This document shows positions 56,405-64,000 of a stretch of 64,000 nucleotides of DNA, in pieces. The translations under genes and the position numbers were made by a program. The notes below the pieces were generated by a model. The model was given only the letters and a program-made list of their open reading frames with translations, was not told the DNA's origin and did no database searches. The stretch's first letter is position 1. The number at the start of each line of letters is the position of its first letter. The stretch spans positions 1,178,001 to 1,242,000 of the forward strand of contig JANHCV010000013.1 in NCBI GenBank assembly GCA_025594325.1. The letters are read 5' to 3'. The stretch is from Blastocladiella emersonii ATCC 22665 (lineage: Eukaryota; Fungi; Blastocladiomycota).

Positions 56405-59400
56405 GCTGGCAGGGCTGTGCTGGCCGAGCTCGACCTACAAAACTCTCGGCCTCCCCGCCGTCCCTGCTCTGCTCTCCACCCGCCTGTGCTCCTGATCCCA
56501 CCCTCAGCAGCCACGCGCTATAGACTATAGACTAGACGCTCAACCACCACCACCATGGCCAAGATCCCCAAGCGCATCGCGACCCGCTCGGTCCTCCTCG
56601 CCGTGCTGCTCGCCACGCTCGCCGTGGCCGCGGCGTCGGCCAAGCCCGTCAACCCGGCCGACCTGATCAAGCAGTTCAAGGCCGCGGACCTGCCCAAGGG
56701 CACCAAGATCCTGCCCGGCCGCTACCTCATCGAGTTCAAGGGCGAGGCCGCGCGCACCGCGTCCTTCAACCCGCTCGCCCGCGGCGCGACCACGACGCAG
56801 GCCCGCACCCTCGAGTCGTTCGCCAAGGACAACTCGCTGCCCGTCAAGGTCACCACCACCTACACCACCGCCTTCAACGGCGTCGCCGTCGCCGCCAACG
56901 AGGCCGACCTCGCCAAGCTCGCCGCCGCCCCCAACGTCAAGGCCATCTACCCGGTCTTCACCGTCGAGCAGGACCCCTTCGAGGTCAACCTCGGCAAGGA
57001 CAACCCCAAGAAGGTCGAGCTCAACGCCGCCCTCGCCATGACCGGCGTCGACCGCGTCCGCAAGGAGCTCGGGCTCACCGGTGCGTTTTCTCGCCGATCT
57101 CGCTCCCAACTCGTTTTGCCGACTCAGGACTGACTCTGAACGCTCCCGCTCGCCCATATTCGCAGGAAGGGGAACCAAGGTGTGCATTATCGACTCGGGT
57201 GTCGACTACACGCACCCGGCTTTCACCAAGGAGGGCATGACTTGCACCAAGCTCGGCGACGCCGGCTGCCGTGTCGTCAAGGGCTACGATCTCGTCGGTG
57301 ACGCCTACAACCCGGGCAAGGGCGCCGACGACCTCGTCCCCGACAACGACCCGTACGACTGCATCTCCGGCCACGGCACCCACGTTGTACGTTCCTCGCG
57401 TCGCGTCGCGCCGAGCGACACCCGACCTTTTCTTCACTTTCTCCTTCCTCCTCTCTCGTTGCTTCTCCTCTCCGTCCAACGCACGTCTGCCGTGAAGCTC
57501 CCTGTCGTTTCGTCCGTGTCGACAAAAAGTCGCGCGACCCGACGATGGTCGAGGTGATCGGCCGCGCGACGACGCGTCCCACCGTCCTACCTCGTTTGAA
57601 ACCGACCTGATCACTCACCCACCACTCGTTCCGTCTTTTACAGGCCGGTATCGCCGCCGGTAACGACAGCATCTTCACCGGTGTCGCCCCCGAGGCCGAC
57701 ATTGTCGCGCTCAAGGTCTTCGGCTGCGCTGGCGAGCGCACCTCGACCTCGAGTGAGGCCATGATCAAGGCCATGGAGATGGCCGCCATCGAGGGCTGCG
57801 ACGTCGTCAACCAGTCGATTGGTGGTGGCGGCTCCTTCCCCGATTATCCAAGTGCCGCTTCGGTTACCCGTCTTTCGGACAAGTTCGGCATGATCTTCAC
57901 GTCGTCGCACGGCAACAGCGGCGAGAAGGGTCTCTTCTGGGGTGGCTCGCCCGGCCAGGCCAAGACCGGCTTCGGCACCGGCTCGTTCGACAACATCGCC
58001 GTCGCCTCGGACGCCATCGAGTTCTCGGGCGTCGAGGGCCTGTCCAAGGTCGGCGTCGGCTTCGACGACTCGATCCCCAACAAGTTCCCCGTCGGCAAGG
58101 CTTTCACCGTCAAGGCTTCGCCCAACCCGTCGACCTCGACCAACGACGCGTGCACGCCGTTCCCCGCCGACTACTTCAAGGGCACCGTCGCCCTGATCCG
58201 CCGCGGTGGGTGCACGTTCGCCGTCAAGGCCGCCGCCGCTCTGGCCGCCGGCGCCAACGGCATCATTGTCTACAACAACCAGCCCGGCGCCCTGTCGGGT
58301 GTAGCGATCCAGGACCCCGCCTACCCGCTCCCCGTCGGCTACATCTCGGGTGCTGACGGCCAGGCCATCCACGCTGCCGCGTCCAATGGCACCGTCACCG
58401 TCAAGTTCGGTGGCGAGCGCATCTCGGTTCCCAACACGGCCACCGGCGCCCAGCCCTCCGACTTCTCGTCGTGGGGTCCCTCGCCGCTGCTCCTCATCAA
58501 GCCTGACGTCGCTGCCCCAGGAGTTAAGCTACCGCCGTTTTTATGACGTTTGGGAGCACGTACTAACATTTCCGGTCCTTAGGCATGATCTTCTCGTCGT
58601 ACCCGAAGCACAAGGGCTCGTACGCCTCGATCTCGGGCACCTCCATGGCCTCGCCCTTCCTCGGCGGTGTCTCGCTCCTCGCGTACGTTTTCCTCGTTGT
58701 CGTCGTTGTGATCATGGTCGCCACGAACCCGACTGACCGTCTGTCAACCCGTTCTCGTGATTAGCAAGGAGCAGAACAAGAAGATCACCTTCAAGGCGCT
58801 GCAGCGCCGCGCCCAGAACACGGCTCGCCCCGCCCAGTACAAGCAGTTCGGCATGCCGTGGCCCGTCCCCAAGCAGGGCGCCGGTCTCATCAACGCCTAC
58901 GACCTGCTCGCCAACAAGGTGACGGTCGAGCCGTCCAAGATCGAGCTCGGCGACGGCAACGCCCGCCGCACCCAGGTCCTCACCATCGCCAACGCCGGCG
59001 ACACGCCCGTCACCTACACGGCGACGCACGTGCCCGCCGTCTCGGTCTTCGGCGAGGGCGGCGTCACCACCGACAAGTACCAGTTCTCGAACTCGACGGC
59101 CCGCGTCACCGTCGCCTCGGACGGCCCGATGCGCGTCGGCCCCCGCTCGTCGATCAGCGTGCAGGTCACGGTGCAGCCCGACGCTGCCCAGCTCCCCGAG
59201 CACTGGCTGCTGTCCGGCTGGGTCGTGCTGACGCCCAACGAGGAGGCCAAGGACGCCGCCACCCTGCGCGTGCCCTACCTCTCCATGACCGGCGACTACT
59301 CGACGTACACGGTGATCCCCGACCCCAAGACGTCGCCGTTCCCCGTCGTCTCCGAGTCCATCTTCGGCGACTGGGACCTCAAGGCCCCGGTCCCCAAGGT

Positions 59401-61244
59401 CCAGTTCCTCGCCCACTTCGCCAACGAGACGGTCGGCCCCTTTACGCTCAAGGGCCGCTCGCGCCCCGTCGTGCTCGCCAACATCCAGCACGTCAACCGC
59501 AACATGCTCCTGTCCGTGTACAACGCCAAGACCAAGACCAAGCTCGGCTACGCCTTCTCGTACCCGTTCGTCCAGACCGGCCCCGTTTTCTTCCCGACCA
59601 CCGACGAGGTCGATCGCGCCACCGGCAAGCCTATCCAGGGCTGGTCGGGCGAGTACTTCGAGACGCTCCAGTCGGACAAGGTCAAGTACGTCGAGGACGG
59701 CGAGTACTACTGGACCCTCGACTTCGTGACCCCCTCCACGAAGACCGACGATGACTGGGAGAAGCGCCTCAACACCTACTGGACCTCGCCCAAGATCATC
59801 GTCAAGCGCGACGGCACCACCTCCACCTCGACCACCACCACGTCGACCTCGACCTCGACTACCACCACCTCCACCTCCACCTCGACTTCGACCTCGACCA
59901 CCACGACCACCACCTCGTCGGCCTCGACCTCGACCACCACCACCTCGTCGGGCACCACCACGACCGGCACCTCGACCTCGACTTCGGGCTCGGCCACCGA
60001 GACCGCGACTGGCTCGGCCACCGCCACCGCCACCGGCACCACGACCGCCCCGTACGGCCGCAAGACCTCGACCACGACCGCCTTGACCACGACCTCGGCT
60101 CCCTACGACCGCAAGTCGTCGACCGCCACGACCGCCACCACCTACACGGTCCCCGCCACGACCTCGACCGCCACGATCCCCGCCACGACCTCGACCGCGA
60201 CCGCGACCGCCTCGGGCACCTACCCGGCCGTGACCTCGGTCGTGACGGTCCCCGCGTCGACCGTCGTCGTCACCGTCCCCGCCTCGACCGTGTACGTGCC
60301 CGCCCCGACCGGCACCGAGCCGTGCAAGACCACCGTCGTCGTCGGCACCAAGACCACCACCGTGTACGTGCCGTCGCAGACCGGCACCGAGCCGTGTAAG
60401 ACGACCATCGTCGTCGGCACCAAGACGACCGTCGTCGAGCCCACGCCCGCCTACACCACGATCGTGACCACGACCACGGTCCGCGACGACGAGAACGGCT
60501 ACGGCTACGGCACCAAGGTCGTGACCAAGACGGCCGTCGTCCCTGTCGAGACCCCCAAGCCCGCCCCGTACAACGGCGGCGCCGACAAGCCCGCGCCCGT
60601 CGACGCCGACAAGCCCGCGCCCGTCGACGCCGACAAGCCCGTCGCCACGACGCCCGCGACCGGCGAGTACGGCTACGGCTACGGCAAGGACGTGCCCGCC
60701 GTCGGCACCGAGAAGCCCGTCCCGACCACCCCCGCCGGCGAGGGCTACGCCAAGGACACGCCCGCTGGCACCGAGACCCCCGCCAAGAAGCACAAGAAGT
60801 GCCACCCCAAGACCAAGGCCGCCCACTACTACTAGATGTGCGCGCGCGCCGCGGCGACTCGACGGAGTGAGGATGATGAGTTTTGATGATGATGTGCATG
60901 TACGAGTATTCTGCAAATGAAGGTGTATCTTTTGCTCAAATTCTCCTCGGTGGTCATCCTGAGTGTGCGAGCGAGAGAAACTTGGGTGCTCGGACGAGGT
61001 CATATCCGGCCAAGTATCAGTCACGTGAGTGGCGCGGCGCGTCTCGACGCGTGTTTAGCCTTTGCTTCGCGCGGTCGACGAGAGTCACCAACGTCGGCTC
61101 TTGGCTTGAGCACTCTCGAGGCTGCGTCGGCGGTCGGTGCGAGTCGCTGAAGTTCGGCGAGCTGCTTTCGTTTTCTTGAGCTCAAGGACGTTCGTTGCGC
61201 TGATGGTCGCGGTTTGGTCTCCAGCGAGTTCGTAGTCAAGGCCG
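56405..61244 (+). repeat. Right arm of the large inverted repeat (4840 bp)
   Basis: Reverse complement of 49299-54138; spacer is 54139-56404 (2266 bp). Confidence 0.95.
56555..60835 (+). CDS. Secreted subtilisin-like S8 protease, copy B; exons 56555-57080, 57166-57386, 57644-58523, 58583-58682, 58765-60835
   Basis: Signal peptide VLLAVLLATLAVAAASA, I9 prodomain, catalytic Asp (IIDSGVD), His (HGTHVAG) and Ser (SGTSMASP), PA domain (ALIRRGGCTF), Fn3-like region, Thr-rich linker, C-terminal KKHKKCHPKTKAAHYY. Confidence 0.88.
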
Positions 61245-61672
61245 TGGAGATAGCTGCTGCCGAGGGCTGCGTTGTCATCAGGCCGCGGATTGGAGAAAAA
61301 CTGAAATGATTTGAGGGCCGTCGACCTCAGGGTTGAGCCGCGGCGACGAATTCCCACGTGTTCGCGTGCGTGATGGTCGAGTTGATCGGCTCGCGTCCGC
61401 TCCTCCCTCACGCCTGCCATCCCACTTCACGCGATTCGACTCATCGCTCACTCGCAGATCGTTCACTCCGTTTTGTACACACCGGTACCGCCGCTGGTAA
61501 CGACAGCGTCCTCGCCGATGTCGCCTCCGAGGCGCGCATCGTCGCGCTCAAGGTTCTCGGCTTCGCTGGCGAGCGTACCTCGACCTCGACCGAGGCCATA
61601 GTCAAGGCTATGGACATGGCTGCCGCCGAGGGCTGCGATGTCGTCGGTCAGTTGATTAGTGGCGGCGGATAA
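61170..61672 (+). pseudogene. Two decayed fragments of subtilisin exon 3
   Basis: 61480-61672 reads GTAAGNDSVLADVASEARIVALKVLGFAGERTSTSTEAIVKAMDMAAAEGCDVV (compare GIAAGNDSIFTGVAPEADIVALKVFGCAGERTSTSSEAMIKAMEMAAIEGCDVV). ~61175-61280 reads ELKDVRCADGRGLVSSEFVVKAVEIAAAEGC. Confidence 0.8.
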
Positions 61673-62083
61673 AGATGCTCGACATCGTAATAATCACGGC
61701 TTGACATCACGCACGTGGGTGGCGCGGCGCGTCCGGAGCGACCAAGTTTCGCTCTGACCGCCTTGCACTTCAAAGATCAGGTTTGCACAAGCTCCAATAA
61801 TCGGTACCGTTTAGGGCCCGTTTGGTTCCGGGGTGAATCAGGTGGATCAATCGATTTTACACGGTCCGGTGTTCACCCAGCTGAAACGTGGCATTTTCAC
61901 CCCGTCGTGTTCATCGCGGCGTTTGGTTCAACCCCCGGGTGAGCTGAATGGAACCCTCGTCGCTGAATCGCCCGTCTGCTCGCCCCCGAAACCTTCAGGC
62001 TGTGCTCCCCGGCCTATGTAAACGCCGTTTTCCTCCAAAGTAACTCGCTCTCTCTCCCCCGTCCTCCCTCAAAGCCGAAAAGA

Positions 62084-63212
62084 ATGGCTCCCCCGTCAAG
62101 CAAAAAGCGCGCTGGCCGTACGGCCATGTCCATCGAGGAGATCGTCAAGAACGTGCCCGAAATCCCGCCGCCGCCCGCCGATAGCGACGAGGATGCAGAT
62201 GACGACGCTGCTGGGAGCGACGGCAACGCTGCTGTCACGCCGACCAACCCGCTGCCGCCCGTGACCATCGCCAAGCCAAGCAAGCGCAAGGCCAGTGGCA
62301 GCAAGGCCAGCAGCGGCAAGGCCAGCGGCGGCAAGGCCACCTTCTGCTCCGCGTCGACCAACTTCCTCCTCGACCACTTCTGCAACCTCGCTGACGACGG
62401 CGTGCTCGGCGACAGCAACACGCTCAAGGCCCAGCACCGTGTGTCGATTGCCCAGGCCCTGTCGGACGAGTTCAACATGCAGTTTACGGCGGAGCAGGTC
62501 AAGAACCGCGTGACATACGTACGCTTTGTCTTGCGGACACGCGTCAACCGTAGCGCTAACAACGTCAGCGTTCGGCTCCAGCTTCGCACTTGTTTTCGCG
62601 CCGTAAAACGGCTTCTGTCGTACTCGGGCAACGGCTGCACCTGGAATGAGGGTGAGTGCACGGTCGACGTGCCAGAGGAGTTCTGGAACGATCTCTCGGT
62701 ACGTTTGTTCAATATCGTTACGCGTCAACTCGCGGCGAGCTAACAGCGCCTGGCCTGCTTCAATTGTAGGCAGAGCTCAAGGAGGAGCTGACTGCGGGCT
62801 GCAAGCCCTTCCCGTACTACAAGAAGGCCAACATGCTGTGGGGCAGCTCGACCGCCACCGGCAAGTCCTCGCACCTCGAGCAGGACGCAAGGAGTCTGGT
62901 GACGTGGAAGGTGTTGATGGTCAAGACGACGCGGCCCCCGCCAGCAAGCGCAGCCGCACTTCGGACAGCAGCTCGCGTCGCCTCTCGGACTCGGAATTCC
63001 TCATGGGCATCAAGGAGGTGTTCCAGAGCGTCTCAACCGCCGACTCCAAGCCCGTTCTGACCGCCGCACTTGAATGGGTCCAGGACGCGTACAATGACAA
63101 TGAAGAGTACCAGATCGACGTCGCCACCCGCCTGACCGAGGATCAAACGCTTCGCGTCATGGCCGTGTCCGAATCGAAGCGCAAGCGCGTCCTCGAGTTT
63201 TTCATTCAGTAG
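62084..63212 (+). CDS. Myb/SANT-like DNA-binding ORF of the PIF element; spliced, probably frameshifted near 62885
   Basis: LSDEFNMQFTAEQVKNR...SGNGCTWNE...VPEEFW...PFPYY..ANMLWGSSTATG (Myb_DNA-bind_3-like). The acidic C-terminal part lies in a different frame from TATGKSS. Confidence 0.75.
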
Positions 63213-63525
63213 CTCTCTCGCACATGTCCCCCTCCCCTCGCGTTGCTTCCTGGCCTTGTTCTCGCCCATTTGTGTCCAATACATCTGGCTTTGTGTCCAT
63301 CGTATCTTCAATCGTTACCCTTGGCTCGAAAATGACGCGACTCGTTGAGAAACGCGTGGTTCGCAAAGTGTCTCACACGTCACGTGATTGATCGACGCGT
63401 CTCCACCGATGCGTTCTGACCTCAGCGACGCGTCAAATCATCTAGAATCGCTTATCTAACGTTATAGTACTTGACAAATCAGTATATTACAGCATGCATG
63501 CGGGTACAACAATTATTTCGCGCCT

Positions 63526-63961
63526 TCAAAGATGGGTCCCACGAGCGGCCATGACGCGCCTGTACTCGGTCCAAAGAACATTTGCGATGCGGTTCCGAAG
63601 CGAGATACCGCGCTGACGAGCTCCGTCCAGCGAGGCCTCGAGGACAGCGGCCTCGTCGTCCTCCTCGTTCTCGTCGTCCAGGGGCTCGCGCCCACGCACT
63701 GGCGCCTCACGCGCCGCGTCCCGCGCGCGCCGGAGCTCCGTCTCGGCGTCGCGAAAGAAGGCGTCGCCGCCTTGGTTCCACTTGTTGATCATGTTGTGCA
63801 GCGTGCAGAGCGCGTACACAAGCTTGACTTGAGTCTTGATTGGGTAGGCCGCGCCAATCGAGAGGACGCGGAACCGCTTCTTGAGCACGCCAAAGATATG
63901 CTCAATGGAGTTGCGGAGCGACGCGTGACGCAGATTGAAAAGCTCTTCGCGGTTCTTAACT
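63526..63961 (-). CDS. PIF/Harbinger transposase, last exon (5' part outside the window)
   Basis: NREELFNLRHASLRNSIEHIFGVLKKRFRVL...LVYALCTLHNMI, the DDE_Tnp_4 C-terminal signature with the catalytic Glu. Confidence 0.88.
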
Positions 63962-64000
63962 CTACGTACGTTGGTGAAGCAGATGAGATGGCGCCAACGT

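Larger units (their letters stand above)
61814..64000. mobile_element. PIF/Harbinger DNA transposon, left part (continues beyond the window)
   Basis: TTA followed by the PIF-type TIR GGGCCCGTTTGG at 61814; subterminal TTCACCC/GGGTGA repeats; convergent Myb/SANT-like ORF and DDE transposase. Confidence 0.88.

Noticed and set aside
57528-57569. Stem-loop in the long subtilisin intron as a possible ncRNA
   Set aside because: One 11-bp GC-rich imperfect stem is expected by chance here, and no snoRNA boxes were recognised.
59815-60030. ACC/ACCTCG microsatellite
   Set aside because: It simply encodes the Thr/Ser-rich protease stalk.

Overview
Eukaryotic, GC-rich, intron-containing DNA (GTACGT/GTGCGT donors, CTAAC branch points, short introns). 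It is most likely from an early-diverging fungus; this is inferred from the SH3-WW-RasGEF, DUF4470, S8/PA-protease and orphan F-box-like gene content. Three zones. (1) 1-39 kb is an accessory, decaying region. It holds a DUF4470 fragment next to a 5'-truncated FANCJ-like helicase pseudogene, orphan F-box-like genes and pseudogenes, a young Ty1/copia element (6803-14261), an internally deleted PHIS (Harbinger/Pangu-like) transposon, a ~3.9-kb-period decayed duplication, a two-forkhead-domain gene, a Helitron remnant, a CTAA-rich telomere-like array and a long DUF4470 gene with an in-frame TAG. (2) 39.8-48 kb is a housekeeping block: CDC25-type Ras GEF, DEK-C/SWIB protein (Tri1/Uaf30-like) and Spb4/DDX55 helicase. 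(3) 49.3-61.2 kb is a ~12-kb palindrome whose two apparently identical 4.84-kb arms each carry a secreted subtilisin gene, followed by subtilisin relics and the left part of a PIF/Harbinger transposon. The most striking observations are: a copia element whose LTRs begin AG and end CT instead of TG...CA, with boundaries fixed independently by TSD, PBS and PPT; its gag/protease region replaced by 36-nt repeat arrays, some carrying PPT copies; and a homogenised subtilisin palindrome in which both copies share a TT instead of GT splice donor just upstream of the catalytic-serine exon.
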